A stretch of DNA of 61,433 bases from Pseudomonadota bacterium (GCA_043825735.1 JBDRRP010000068.1:124001-185433); one strand, 5' to 3'; shown: positions 28,623-38,668, numbered from the stretch's first letter. Notes: generated by a model from the letters alone, not told the origin. Translations and numbers: made by a program.

Positions 28623-30059
28623 ATGAAACACAAGGTCATTATCCGAAAGTGCGATACGTACGATGCCGACAGGATCGCCGGCATCATCAGGGAGGGCATG
28701 GAGGCGTTGGGGGTCAGGCCCGAGGGCAAAATTCTGCTGAAGCCGAATGCCGTTCTCGCGCATCCGGACGTTTTTCCGCATGCCTTTACCCGCAAAGAGT
28801 TTCTCGACGGGGCCATCGCCGCCACGAAAGCACTGGCCGTGAACGCGCGGGAGATCGCCGTAGGGGAGCGCTGCGGCATCACGATACCGACCCGTTTCAG
28901 CTTCAAGCACGCCGGCTATCCCGAAGTCATCAAAAGGCACCGCGTCAAGACCCATTATTTCGATGAAGTTACGCAGGTCCCGGTGGCCATCCGGGGAAAA
29001 GAGAACCTCAGGCACCAACTGTTCATACCCAAGCCGGTGGCCGAAGCCGACTTTCTGTTCAATCTACCCAAATTCAAGGCCCATCCGTGGAGCCGCATGA
29101 CCCTTTCCCTCAAGAACTTTATCGGCATCCAGGATGACCGGCATCGCCTTGTCGACCACAACCAGTTTCTGGAGCACAAGATCGCCGATTTGCAGGAGGT
29201 CATCCAGCCCAAGTTCATCGCCATCGACGGGATCATCGCGGGCCAGAAGATGATGCTCACCCCGACACCGTTTCCGCTGGGCGCCATCATAATGGGCACC
29301 AACTCGTGCGCTGTGGATACGGTGGGCTGCCACATGGTCCATGCCGATCCCAAAGAGGTCGTCCACCTGCGTCTGACATCCGAACGGGGGTTCGGGCCGA
29401 TTGACCTTGCCGAGATCGAGATTCTCGGCGATTTCCCGCTGGATGAGGTTCGCAGCCGCACGAAGGGTTTTGCCTTCTGCATGGAAAGGATCGACGACTA
29501 TTTCGGAAAAGAGAGCAATCTTTCGTGCACCGTGGGAACATTTCCCGAGGCCCACTCGCCCGATTACTGCTGGGGCGGCTGCCCGGGGGCGCTGCAGGAG
29601 GCGATGCACATATTCAGAGGGTTTTATCCGGACGTGGACACATCGATGAAAAAAATCCGCTATGTCGTCGGCAAGGTGGAAGGCCCCCTCGATCTGGCCG
29701 ATGGCGAGAAGGTCATTTTCGCCGGCAGCTGCACGAGCTGGGAGGGTGAAATCGACGGCAAGCAGGTCAAGATCGAGAGCAGTTACAAAAAATGCGAAGA
29801 CGTGGACGAGACCCGGACAAAAACAAATGACCTGGTGGTAAAGACCTTCACGGCGCTGTTTAAAGCCTACCGGAGCCTGGGATCGACACACCTGCATGCC
29901 AGGGGATGTACGCTTTCCGTTGCCGAACACGTTCATTTTCTGTCGGCCCTGGCCGGTATCAAAAACCCGAATTTCGATCCGAGGCTGTCCATCGGGGTGG
30001 CGATCGCCTACTGCCAGATGCTGTTGAATCGATTTGTCAATCGGATGCTCGGGGCGTAA
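28623..30059 (+). CDS. DUF362 domain Fe-S protein
   Basis: ILLKPN, NLPKFKAH..MTLSLKNFIG, IDGIIAG, CWGGCPG. Confidence 0.82.
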   Translation: MKHKVIIRKCDTYDADRIAGIIREGMEALGVRPEGKILLKPNAVLAHPDVFPHAFTRKEFLDGAIAATKALAVNAREIAVGERCGITIPTRFSFKHAGYPEVIKRHRVKTHYFDEVTQVPVAIRGKENLRHQLFIPKPVAEADFLFNLPKFKAHPWSRMTLSLKNFIGIQDDRHRLVDHNQFLEHKIADLQEVIQPKFIAIDGIIAGQKMMLTPTPFPLGAIIMGTNSCAVDTVGCHMVHADPKEVVHLRLTSERGFGPIDLAEIEILGDFPLDEVRSRTKGFAFCMERIDDYFGKESNLSCTVGTFPEAHSPDYCWGGCPGALQEAMHIFRGFYPDVDTSMKKIRYVVGKVEGPLDLADGEKVIFAGSCTSWEGEIDGKQVKIESSYKKCEDVDETRTKTNDLVVKTFTALFKAYRSLGSTHLHARGCTLSVAEHVHFLSALAGIKNPNFDPRLSIGVAIAYCQMLLNRFVNRMLGA

Positions 30060-30159
30060 TGAGAGGGCCTGTCATGGCCCGTAATTCACGACCGTGTCCA
30101 CAGTTGCTGCAGGCCATGACCGACCCGATTGCCGCACAGATGAGGAAAAAAGGTATTTA

Positions 30160-30278
30160 GGTATAAGGCTGAAGGCTGAAGGCGCGGTCAAAGGAAACAA
30201 CCAATCCCTTGATGTCGCTTTTCTCTGCGTCCCTGCGCCTCTGCGCGAGGAAATTGCTTTTTTACGGGTTCATCAAGA
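30160..30278. repeat. Mixed heptamer/nonamer repeat module
   Basis: aggctgaaggctgaagg; ctctgcgtccctgcgcctctgcgcgag; ttttttacgggttcatcaag. Confidence 0.6.
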
Positions 30279-30396
30279 AGACATGACCGTAAAAATCTCT
30301 AAATCTCCCCAGAGGACCCATAGGTAAACCATTAATAATTAAATGTATTCTCTGCGGCCTGCTGTTTCCAGCCGCCACAGTGATGGAACCAAAGCA

Positions 30397-31251
30397 ATGA
30401 CGACCGTTTATCGTAACTGGACCAAGGAGCAGCTTGACGCCCAGTACAACAATCGGGCGCGGGTGCCGGATTTCCAGCGGTTTTTGGGCGAGTGGACCGC
30501 CCGCAGCACCCGATGTTATGAAACGGCGACCGTTCACAGAAACATTGCCTACGGCGGGCATCCCCGGGAGCGGTTGGACGTGTTTCCGGCAGCGAAGGCC
30601 GGCGCGCCGGTCCACGTGTTTTTCCACGGCGGATACTGGCAGTCCCTGTCAAAGGACATGTTCGCTTTCATCGCCGCCCCCTATGTCGCCGCCGGGGTCA
30701 CCACCGTCATGGTGAACTACCCCCTGGCCCCGGACGACGTCATGGACCGCATCATCGCCGCCTGCCGCAGCGCAGTGGCCTGGGTGGCCCGGGAGATCCA
30801 CGCCTTCGGCGGCGATCCGGACAATATCGTGGTGAGCGGTCACAGCGCCGGCGGTCACATCGCGGCCATGCTCATGGCCGCCGACTGGGTGCCGCTGCCC
30901 GCCGATGTCATCAAGGGCGCGGTGAGCGTCAGCGGCCTATTCGATTTGGAGCCCATTCGATTGTGTTATCTCAACGCCGTGCTGGGCATGGATGCTGAAA
31001 CGGCCCGGCAAAACAGCCCGGTTCACCGGAACCCCCGGGTTGTCTGTCCCCTGGTGCTCGCAGTGGGGGAAAAAGAATCAGAAGCCTACCACAGCCAGAC
31101 CAGCAACATGGCTACCGCCTGGCATGACACGGGCGTCGACGTGACCACGCTCACCGTGCCGGCGTCCAATCATTTTTCCATTCTGGACAGTCTGGCCGAT
31201 CCAACGGGGGTGGTGTTTCGGCAGGTGATGCGGCTAATCCCAGGGGTTTAA
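30397..31251 (+). CDS. Alpha/beta hydrolase, arylformamidase-like
   Basis: LDAQYNNRARVP, FFHGGYWQ, GHSAGGH, NHFSI. Confidence 0.85.
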   Translation: MTTVYRNWTKEQLDAQYNNRARVPDFQRFLGEWTARSTRCYETATVHRNIAYGGHPRERLDVFPAAKAGAPVHVFFHGGYWQSLSKDMFAFIAAPYVAAGVTTVMVNYPLAPDDVMDRIIAACRSAVAWVAREIHAFGGDPDNIVVSGHSAGGHIAAMLMAADWVPLPADVIKGAVSVSGLFDLEPIRLCYLNAVLGMDAETARQNSPVHRNPRVVCPLVLAVGEKESEAYHSQTSNMATAWHDTGVDVTTLTVPASNHFSILDSLADPTGVVFRQVMRLIPGV

Positions 31252-31653
31252 TAGGGCGGCGCCGCTGGCGGCCATGTCCCGGACGTTTCGGGTGACGACC
31301 GTCATGCCGTGGACCATGGCAATGGCGGCGACAAGGCTGTCAATGGCTGGCATTTTGTTTCCAGTGCGCTCCGCCGCAGCCTGAATATCTCCCCATTTTT
31401 GGGCAACTTCAAAATCGACCCCGAGGATCCGCTGTTTGAATCGCTGGTATAGCTCATGATCGAGCCAGCTTTGGAGAGACGCCTTCTTAGGGGAATCAGG
31501 TAGCAGCGAAATGCCTTTTTGAATTTCACCGATGGTAATCGCACTCAGAAACAATATTTCTTCCGGCTGATCTTTAAGCCATGCCACAACCTTTGCGGAA
31601 GGTTTGGGGCGGGTCAGCTCCGAAATGACGCAGGTGTCCAGAAGGTAATTCAA
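31234..31653 (-). CDS. vapC: PIN-domain toxin
   Basis: YLLDTCVISE, SAITIGEI, DSLVAAIA, VVTRNVRD. Confidence 0.92.
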   Translation of the reverse strand: MNYLLDTCVISELTRPKPSAKVVAWLKDQPEEILFLSAITIGEIQKGISLLPDSPKKASLQSWLDHELYQRFKQRILGVDFEVAQKWGDIQAAAERTGNKMPAIDSLVAAIAMVHGMTVVTRNVRDMAASGAALLNPWD

Positions 31654-31898
31654 AACAACACCTCCCGGCCCGGCGTCGTGTCTCTTTCGATGGAGATGTC
31701 GCTGCCCCGGAGTGGAGAATTTAAGAAAAAATCGACAATGTTATCCTTTGACCGGGTCAACTCGCGATACTGCTCGACGGACATGACCACCACCGCTTCC
31801 ACCCCCCGTCGGGTAACAACTTGGGGCCCAGTGCTGAGCGCCTTATCAACCACCTCACTGAATTTGTTTTTCGCTTCCTGCAATTGCCAGTGTGCCAT
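31650..31898 (-). CDS. Phd/YefM family antitoxin
   Basis: WQLQEAKNKFSEVV..GPQVVTRRG; overlaps toxin start. Confidence 0.92.
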   Translation of the reverse strand: MAHWQLQEAKNKFSEVVDKALSTGPQVVTRRGVEAVVVMSVEQYRELTRSKDNIVDFFLNSPLRGSDISIERDTTPGREVLF

Positions 31899-31923
31899 GG
31901 CGGGCTCCTCCGATGCGATTTTA

Positions 31924-31972
31924 TAGACTGTCTAGACTGTCCAATTCTAATCAGTTGACTGCAACACGTCAA
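31924..31972 (-). promoter_or_regulatory. TA operon promoter with operator repeats
   Basis: TTGACG-N17-TAGAAT (31972-31944) followed by tandem tagactgtc x2. Confidence 0.7.
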
Positions 31973-32097
31973 CAAGCAATTGGGAGTTGGCGAGAAACAC
32001 TGTTGTAAGGTGTTGGTTGGCAGGATAAACTCCACCAGATGACCTGGGCTTTTTGCTTTGGTCACCATTTCAGATTCATGGGAAGGGAGGACTCGGC

Positions 32098-32604
32098 ATG
32101 CGACTCAACAAGAAAAGGGCTCGCCCGAAGAATACCGTGGTGGTGGTTTTTCTGACCGTGCTGATGACCTTGGCGCTGGTCGGCTGTTACCCCAAGGCGG
32201 TGGGGCCGCCGGGCTATGACGGCAAACCCATGACCTGGCCGGAAATGGACAAGGCCGAGCGAAAAGCCCACATGAAAGACGTGGTGATGCCCCGGGCGGC
32301 CGCGGTGTTTCGCGAGTGGCGCCCGGAAAAGTATACTGCGGTGAACTGCACCCTGTGCCACGGCGATGGGGCGAAAACGGATAATTTCCACATGCCCACC
32401 GCGCATCTTCCCCGGCTCAGCGGGGAGCTGCTTCTGGGGCCGGAGTTCGCCAAATATCCGGACACCACCCAACTCAAGCTCGACCGACTGGTGCCCGAGA
32501 TGGCCGATGCGCTGGGCGTGAAAAGCTTCAGCGTGATCACCCGACGAGGGTTCGGGTGCTATTCGTGCCATTTGGGACCGGATGGGCCGATGTTCGGGCA
32601 CTAA
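32098..32604 (+). CDS. Diheme c-type cytochrome lipoprotein
   Basis: Lipobox LALVGC; CTLCH and CYSCH. Confidence 0.8.
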   Translation: MRLNKKRARPKNTVVVVFLTVLMTLALVGCYPKAVGPPGYDGKPMTWPEMDKAERKAHMKDVVMPRAAAVFREWRPEKYTAVNCTLCHGDGAKTDNFHMPTAHLPRLSGELLLGPEFAKYPDTTQLKLDRLVPEMADALGVKSFSVITRRGFGCYSCHLGPDGPMFGH

Positions 32605-32641
32605 AGGGCGCCGCACGCCAACACTGGGCGCTGGCGGGGTT

Positions 32642-32925
32642 TGGGCGGTCTTCGGCCGAAAAGCAAAAGCAACACCAACTGCAATTTTGGCACGGATTTC
32701 ACGGATTACGCGGATGGGCGGCCTGCGGCCGGAACCGCAACTGCAACGGCGAATTATCCGCCGGTTACACAGATGTGCGGTCTACGGCCGAAGGTCATAG
32801 CACCTTTTGTTCGAATCGTGAGCCGGGAGGCAGTTTTCCCGGCGACCCGATTCGGACAAATCTTCTTGTCCGGGCGTAGCTCGCAGAGCGAAGCCTAAGG
32901 TGTCCTTCGCGTCCTTTGCGGTTTA
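32642..32925 (+). repeat. Modular repeat array B plus REP-like hairpin
   Basis: Three GCGG(C/T)CTnCGGCCG units at 32642, 32715, 32774 separated by aactgc and CGGAT/CAGAT nonamers; cgtagctcgcagagcgaagc at about 32875. Confidence 0.75.
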
Positions 32926-32940
32926 ATGTCTTTGGTTTTT

Positions 32941-33270
32941 TCAGCCCTCTTCCAGTAGCCGGCGCTGCAGCAGGGTCTGCATGTCGCGGCGGCCGTCGGC
33001 AATCAGCAGGATATAGACGGTGCTTTTGATGACCCGGTAGACAATGCGGTAGGGTTTGAAAAAGATCTCGCGGTAGTCACGGCTGCCGAGTGCCAGCAGT
33101 TCATCCGGATATACGCCGCGCTCCGGGTTTTCAGAGAGGCTTTCAAACGCGTTCTCGATGGCGTCGAGGACGTGCCCTGCGTTACCCGGAGCGTCCTGCC
33201 GCGAGATATAGTGATAGATCTCTTCCAGATCACGCGCGGCATCCCTGGTCAACATGACGGAGAAGGGCAT
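32941..33270 (-). CDS. RelE/ParE family toxin
   Basis: LTRDAARDLEEIYHYI..NPERG..PYRIVYRV..DGRRD. Confidence 0.9.
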   Translation of the reverse strand: MPFSVMLTRDAARDLEEIYHYISRQDAPGNAGHVLDAIENAFESLSENPERGVYPDELLALGSRDYREIFFKPYRIVYRVIKSTVYILLIADGRRDMQTLLQRRLLEEG

Positions 33271-33545
33271 CAGCTGTTTCCTCTGCGGCTGCGAAGTCGC
33301 TGAATGACGCCGGCAGCAGATTCAACATCGCCTTTTTCGATCTGGCGGTTGCCCAGGGCAAGGATTTTAAGCAGCGCCATGGTCTCCTGCGTGCGCTCGT
33401 AGCTCGCAATGTCTTGAATGACGACCTTTGCCTCACCGTTCTGGGTGATGATCATGGGTTCGCCGCAGTTTTCCATACTTCGAACGATCTCGCTGGCATG
33501 CGCCTTCAGATAACTGATCGGTTTGATCCGGCCGGACAATTTCAT
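33270..33545 (-). CDS. Phd/YefM family antitoxin
   Basis: IKPISYLKAHASEIV..IITQNGEAKVV. Confidence 0.9.
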   Translation of the reverse strand: MKLSGRIKPISYLKAHASEIVRSMENCGEPMIITQNGEAKVVIQDIASYERTQETMALLKILALGNRQIEKGDVESAAGVIQRLRSRRGNS

Positions 33546-33718
33546 CGGTTTTCCTCGCCACTTGTATTGGTGACCAAATTTAGACCTTAAACGGGTCGTG
33601 TGTCAAGGTTGCCGCAAATGCTTTGGCCTTGCACAGTAATGGCGGAAAAAGGTAAATATCCATAAAATACCAGCCGAAGTTTCAGGTGTAAGGCGATATT
33701 ACGCAGGAGCACCGTGAC

Positions 33719-34714
33719 GTGGAGCGCGGATTAACCACTGTAAGCGGCTGCGGACCTGCGGAAAAGGTGACCCAGACACATGGTAACCCAAAATTGACCC
33801 CCCAAACCGGCATCGATGTCTACGGCCTTGGGCAGTGCTCGATGGACTACCTGGCGCCGGTGGATGTCTATCCCGGCGTGGACACCAAGTGCGAGTTTAC
33901 CGGGCTTTCCGTCCAGGGCGGCGGGCCGGTGGCCAACGCGCTGGTGGCGCTTTCCCGGTGGGGGATGCGCTGTGCGTATGCGGGGGTGGTGGGTGATGAT
34001 GGCCTGGGCGCGGATATCCGAAAAGGGCTGGCCGTGGAGGGGATCGACACTGCCGGTCTGTTGTCCCGAACGGCCAGCCGGTCTCAGTTCGCCTTCATCG
34101 CAGCGGAGCGGCAGGGGGGGCGGCGCACCATTTTCTGGCAGCGGCCGACCGGCCCGGCCCTATCCGCTGCCGAGGTGGACACGGCCGCCATCGGCCGCAC
34201 TCGCGTGTTTCACACCGATGGTCTCTACGTCGCGGCGGCCGTTGCCGGCTGCCGGGCCGCGCGCGCTGCCGGGGCAACGGTGGTCCTGGATGCCGGCACG
34301 CTCCGTGAAGGGGTGCTCGAAGTAGTGGCGTTGACAGACTGCTGCATTGTTTCCGAGGCTTTTGCACGGCGTCTTGTGGGCGACAGCGATCCTGAGGCCG
34401 CCTGCGACCGACTGGCCCGAATGGGTCCTGCCATGGTGGGGGTGACCCTGGGAGAAAAAGGATACGTGGCGCTTTGCGGCGACCGGTTTATTACAGGGCC
34501 GGCCTACCCGGTGGCCGCCGTGGACACCACCGGCTGCGGGGACATCTTTCACGCCGGAGTTATTTACGGCCTGTTGAAGAAATGGCCCTATGACCGGGCG
34601 CTCGATTTTGCCGCCTGGGCCGCGGCCATGGCCGCCACCCGGCTGGGCGGGCGAGACGGGATTCCCGATGTGGCGCTGTGGCCGGGGCAAAAAACAACTG
34701 CAAGGGCGAATTAA
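33719..34714 (+). CDS. PfkB family carbohydrate kinase (start uncertain)
   Basis: GGGPVANA, VTLGEKG, DTTGCGDIF. Confidence 0.9.
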   Translation: MERGLTTVSGCGPAEKVTQTHGNPKLTPQTGIDVYGLGQCSMDYLAPVDVYPGVDTKCEFTGLSVQGGGPVANALVALSRWGMRCAYAGVVGDDGLGADIRKGLAVEGIDTAGLLSRTASRSQFAFIAAERQGGRRTIFWQRPTGPALSAAEVDTAAIGRTRVFHTDGLYVAAAVAGCRAARAAGATVVLDAGTLREGVLEVVALTDCCIVSEAFARRLVGDSDPEAACDRLARMGPAMVGVTLGEKGYVALCGDRFITGPAYPVAAVDTTGCGDIFHAGVIYGLLKKWPYDRALDFAAWAAAMAATRLGGRDGIPDVALWPGQKTTARAN

Positions 34715-35045
34715 CCGCAGATGACGCGGATAACGCAGATGGGCGGCCTTCGGCCGGAGGGCAACTGCGCAAAGCACATATATCCACTGATTACACAGAT
34801 TAGAACCAACATATTCGGAGGCTTGGCGCAACAACAACTGCAAGGGCGATTTTGGCGCGGATGACACGGATTGCGCTGATTAAAAACATCAGGTGGGGCG
34901 GCCTTCGGCCGGGAAGGGCCAGAGGACAGACGGCAGATGACAGCAACAGCGGAAAGCAGAAAATTCAGACAGGGTCTGCATGATTTGCTCTGCGCCTTTG
35001 CGTCTCTGCGCGAGGATCGGTTTTTGGGTTGCGGCGCTGCAGCGC
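34695..35045 (+). repeat. Modular repeat array C
   Basis: Three aactgc-led units with CAGAT/CGGAT/CTGAT nonamers, two gggcggccttcggccgg hairpins, shared end module. Confidence 0.75.
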
Positions 35046-35086
35046 CATGACCGTGGACATCGAGCATTTCATTGAAGGAGACCATA

Positions 35087-35257
35087 ATGGCTCATAACTG
35101 TGAACACTGCGCCTTCAGGGCGCGGGCGGAAGCCAAACCGAATTCTTTTCTGGCCCGGCTCTGGCGCTGGCACACCCGCTGGTGCCCGGGTTGGAGATCC
35201 TATCAAAAATCCATTGCCGCCGGGGCTGTCCGCCCTTCAGGAGAGAAAAATGAGTGA
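35087..35257 (+). CDS. Small Cys/Trp-rich hypothetical protein (56 aa)
   Basis: aaggag RBS; CEHC..WRWHTRWCPGW; overlaps next start. Confidence 0.7.
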   Translation: MAHNCEHCAFRARAEAKPNSFLARLWRWHTRWCPGWRSYQKSIAAGAVRPSGEKNE

Positions 35258-35828
35258 TCAGCCCATTGCCGCCGGAAAAAGCAGTTACGGAATGGTTGAT
35301 GTGGCGCGGGCATTTGACCTGATGGGCCTCAAGCCGGACACGGTGATGCTGGATATGGGCTGCGGCAGGGGCAACTACGCCCTGGCCGCGGCGGCCCGTA
35401 TCGACGCGCGCGGGATGATTCACGCTGCCGATCTGTGGCGCGAGGGGGTTATGGCCCTGGATGTGGCGGCCGACGCCCGGGAGCTCTCCCAGATCGATCC
35501 GCTGGTGGTGGACATCAGCAAGTCCATCCCTCTGGAAAGCGCCACCATCGATGTGTGCCTATTTGCCACGGTGATTCACGATCTCGTGGAGGACGGCACC
35601 GCCGAAGGTGCGCTCCGGGAAGCCCGCCGCCTTCTGAAACCAACGGGGATGCTGGCGGCCATCGAGTTTAAAAAAAAGCCAGGCCCGCCGGGACCGCCTG
35701 AGCCCATCCGTCTTTCAGAAACCGAGTTGGACGCCCTCTTGCAACCATTCGGTTTCACGCGGTTCGCCTCAGAAACGGTGGGCGAGCACCACTATCTCAG
35801 CCTTTACAGGATCGGTTCGCTGGTGTGA
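35250..35828 (+). CDS. Class I SAM-dependent methyltransferase
   Basis: MLDMGCGRG motif I, RLLKPTG, PGPPGPP. Confidence 0.85.
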   Translation: MSDQPIAAGKSSYGMVDVARAFDLMGLKPDTVMLDMGCGRGNYALAAAARIDARGMIHAADLWREGVMALDVAADARELSQIDPLVVDISKSIPLESATIDVCLFATVIHDLVEDGTAEGALREARRLLKPTGMLAAIEFKKKPGPPGPPEPIRLSETELDALLQPFGFTRFASETVGEHHYLSLYRIGSLV

Positions 35829-35852
35829 TCGCCATTCATGCCAAACGGATCC

Positions 35853-36719
35853 TCACGCCGCCTTGATATTGTGTATCATCTCCAGAACGGTGTTGGTGAT
35901 CTGATAGATACTGACGGGTTTTACCAGGTATTTCAATTTGTTATTGTTGAAAAAGGAAACGGATTCCCGGGACGGGTAGCCGGTCAGGAAAAGAAAACGG
36001 CTGGCCAGATCGGGAAACTCCCCGGCTGCAGCCTGAAACATCTCGATGCCGCTCATCACCGGCAGTCCCACGTCGCTGATGATCATCCGATAGTAGTCCT
36101 TGTGTATTTTTTCCAGCCCGATCTCTCCGTTTTTCGCGGTATCCACGACCCCCTCTTTACTTAGAATCGTCACGAGGATTTCCAAGACAGCCGGGTCGTC
36201 TTCCACCACAAGGATCTTCTCATTCCACACCGGTTGCAGATCACGGAGGGAAAACATTTTTTGCTTCCCGTAGGAATCACTGCCCAAAAAATGCTCGATA
36301 TGTCTTAAGTGATGCTGAATCTTGGCCGCACTGCCTTTGAATTCCGGGCGCAAACGGGTCAGAGAATTAACCACGTAAAGAAAAATGCTGTTCCACTCTG
36401 AAAACTCGGTCTCGATGAGGCCGTCGATGAGGGACTCCCGGCTCAGGGTATTGTTTTTCAGTCTCTCGGCATTGGCGTGAAACGGCGCTTCGATGCGCCG
36501 CTTGGTTTCGGCATCCATTGTGATGGCCGATTTGATTTCGGGGTGCACCAGGATGGTCTCGGCGGCGGTGACCATGATTTTGTAGTGCACGGCTTCGTCA
36601 TCGGCCGAATGTTCCAGAAATTCCTTCAGCGCCGCGTCCTGAAAATAGTCCGCCGACTGCCGGTACAGCCGGGCGGACATGCTCTCGATATGGGTCAGCC
36701 AGTCAACGATGTCTTTCAT
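35853..36719 (-). CDS. Receiver-domain protein with N-terminal ferritin/rubrerythrin-like region
   Basis: IE..SARLY..DEAVH N-terminus; ILVVEDD, IISDVGLP, FLTG, LVKP receiver. Confidence 0.8.
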   Translation of the reverse strand: MKDIVDWLTHIESMSARLYRQSADYFQDAALKEFLEHSADDEAVHYKIMVTAAETILVHPEIKSAITMDAETKRRIEAPFHANAERLKNNTLSRESLIDGLIETEFSEWNSIFLYVVNSLTRLRPEFKGSAAKIQHHLRHIEHFLGSDSYGKQKMFSLRDLQPVWNEKILVVEDDPAVLEILVTILSKEGVVDTAKNGEIGLEKIHKDYYRMIISDVGLPVMSGIEMFQAAAGEFPDLASRFLFLTGYPSRESVSFFNNNKLKYLVKPVSIYQITNTVLEMIHNIKAA

Positions 36720-36824
36720 GTCAGGCCTCCTCGCTGTGGCGCAATTTTCAACACAGGCTCGCTCAAACTAACCACGACCGAGGTGTAGGCAACAGCCCGA
36801 ACCGACATTGCCGGAAAGCGACGC

Positions 36825-36989
36825 GCCGTTGTGGGACTCACCGACATCAGCGCCCGGGTATACATCCGAAACCAGCTCGGCGGCGATCTGATGACCTTCA
36901 TCAAGCCCTGGCGGATGTTCCAGGGGTTGGAGGAAAACGTGCCCGGGTCCTTCCTCGAGGGAGATAATTGGCAAAAGCTGCGGGAATAA
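36825..36989 (+). pseudogene. C-terminal fragment resembling DUF169 family protein
   Basis: AVVGLTDISARVYIRNQLGGDLMTFIKPWRMFQGLEENVPGSFLEGDNWQKLRE*; in-frame TAG at 36786 and no N-terminal part. Confidence 0.6.
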
Positions 36990-36990
36990 C

Positions 36991-37290
36991 GGTATAAGGT
37001 ATAAGGTACAGGGTACAGGGTACACGATAAAACCAACACGTTTTCCTTTTTTGCTTTTGGCCTAACAGCGCATCAGCTATGCTACGACCGCAGGCCGCCC
37101 TATCCTGTTGATCCTGTAAATCCTGTCAAATATCTTTGCAGTTGCTTTTGCGGCGAAGCCGCCCGCCCTTATCTGCGAAAATCTGCGTTAATCCGCGTCC
37201 CATTCTGCAGTTCGCAGTTGCATTTGCTGTCGTCTGCCATCTGCAACCTGTCCTGCATAGCCGCAGGCGAAGCGGGATCTGTCCTCCGGC
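36991..37290 (-). repeat. Modular repeat array D (reverse orientation) plus heptamer run
   Basis: ggtataa/ggtacag heptamers; on minus strand aactgc..cgcggattaacgcagattttcgcagat..ggcggcttcgccg..aactgc..acaggatttacaggatcaacaggat..gggcggcctgcgg. Confidence 0.75.
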
Positions 37291-37379
37291 CCCACCGGCG
37301 TTGACAAGCTCACCGGCGTTAACTATTGCCTCTACATCCCCAAACCGATTCCCGGTTGTTGGCAGAAAGAGGCCAGGAT

Positions 37380-38093
37380 ATGCCCAAAGCAACCCGGCTG
37401 TACTATCTCGACAATCTCAAGGTTTTGCTCATCATCCTGGTGACCATGCATCATGTCGGGCAGGCCTACGGGACGACCGGCGGCGGGTGGTTTTATTCAT
37501 ACCCGGGCGATCGCGTAAAGCCGCTGGAGTTCTTTTTTGCCTTCAATGCCTCGTTTTTCATGCGGCAATCGTGGGGGTTTCCGATCGACCGATGGATCAG
37601 CTTCCTCGGATTCATCCAGATGGAACCGGCCCACTTTCCCCAGTACCTGTCTCTTTTTATTTTTGGTGCGCTTGCCTGCAGATGGTCCTATCTGGATTCA
37701 ATCACCACGCCCCGGAACACCCTCTGGCTCCTGCCCGGTGTGGGTGTTTTCATCGTCACGGTGATACAACGCTATACCACTGGTCATAATCAGGCCTTCT
37801 TTCTGTGGCCGTATCGTGAGGCGCTGCTCTGCACCGGCGTCTGCATCGGGTTGCTCGCGCTTTTCAAAACTTTTTTCGACCGCACCGCCCGTATCCTGCA
37901 GCTACTATCGGAAAATGCATTCGGGGCTTACGTCCTGCACGTCCCGGTGGTCGTTGCGCTCCAGTACGCCTTCGATCCGGTCCATGCGGGCGCCTTTACG
38001 CTGTTCGTCATCGTCTCTGCGCTGTCGGTACCCGGATCGTTCCTGGCGGCGATCCTTGCGAGGCGTATCCCCGGGGTGAAGCGGGTTCTATGA
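37380..38093 (+). pseudogene. Acyltransferase-3 family gene copy with in-frame 420-nt internal deletion
   Basis: Near-identical to 44518..45651 but lacks the equivalent of 44701-45120; junction at tcatg microhomology (37558-37562). Confidence 0.85.
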
Positions 38094-38170
38094 TAACACC
38101 GGAGCGCTGGCACCAAAGAAACGGGAATTGAAATTACGGAGGCTTCCCGAAGGCCCCTGAGCGCAACTAC

Positions 38171-38252
38171 CCAGGGCGCGCAAAGCCCCAGCTTGGCATT
38201 ATTGGGTTCCATTTTGCCTCCACTTGCCGAGCTGGGGCTCGGCGTTCCCTGG
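38171..38252. repeat. REP-like inverted repeat at island left edge
   Basis: ccagggcgcgcaaagccccagcttggca / tgccgagctggggctcggcgttccctgg. Confidence 0.7.
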
Positions 38253-38646
38253 TTCATGGACATCAATTGTCTTGCAGTTTTGTAATTGATTCTGCGGCAT
38301 GCAAAATAGCCACTAAAACCTGCAGTTGACATGATCGTTGGCTTTAAGTATGGACTATCGATGCCCACAGTCTTTTATAGCAGCCATTGAACAATCCTAT
38401 CTCACCTTCTCTTGTCGGGCGGCGGACAATTTACACATTGATTAGCGACGGATTCATGCATCAGCAGCCGTCAGGAAAAGGTCAACACTGATATGTTGAT
38501 GGCCTGTTGAAGAAAAGCATGTGCGGCGGATAGCGCTTTGGTACAAGCTCAAAACAGGTAAGCCAATGATGAGAGATTGAAATTCTATGGGGTGTCTACA
38601 AGTTTCCGTGCTTATAGGCGAGCGAGGGGCGTAGTTACCTCTATAT

Positions 38647-38668
38647 CGAATAGGCCTATTCGTACAAT
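38647..38668 (+). promoter_or_regulatory. Perfect 16-bp palindrome abutting a -10-like box upstream of TIR gene
   Basis: cgaataggcctattcg (38647-38662) then TACAAT (38663-38668), then aaggag RBS; no good -35. Confidence 0.55.

Noticed and set aside
24351..37290. Modular arrays as CRISPR arrays
   Set aside because: Units vary in length, intervening sequences are themselves repetitive rather than unique spacers, and there are no cas genes
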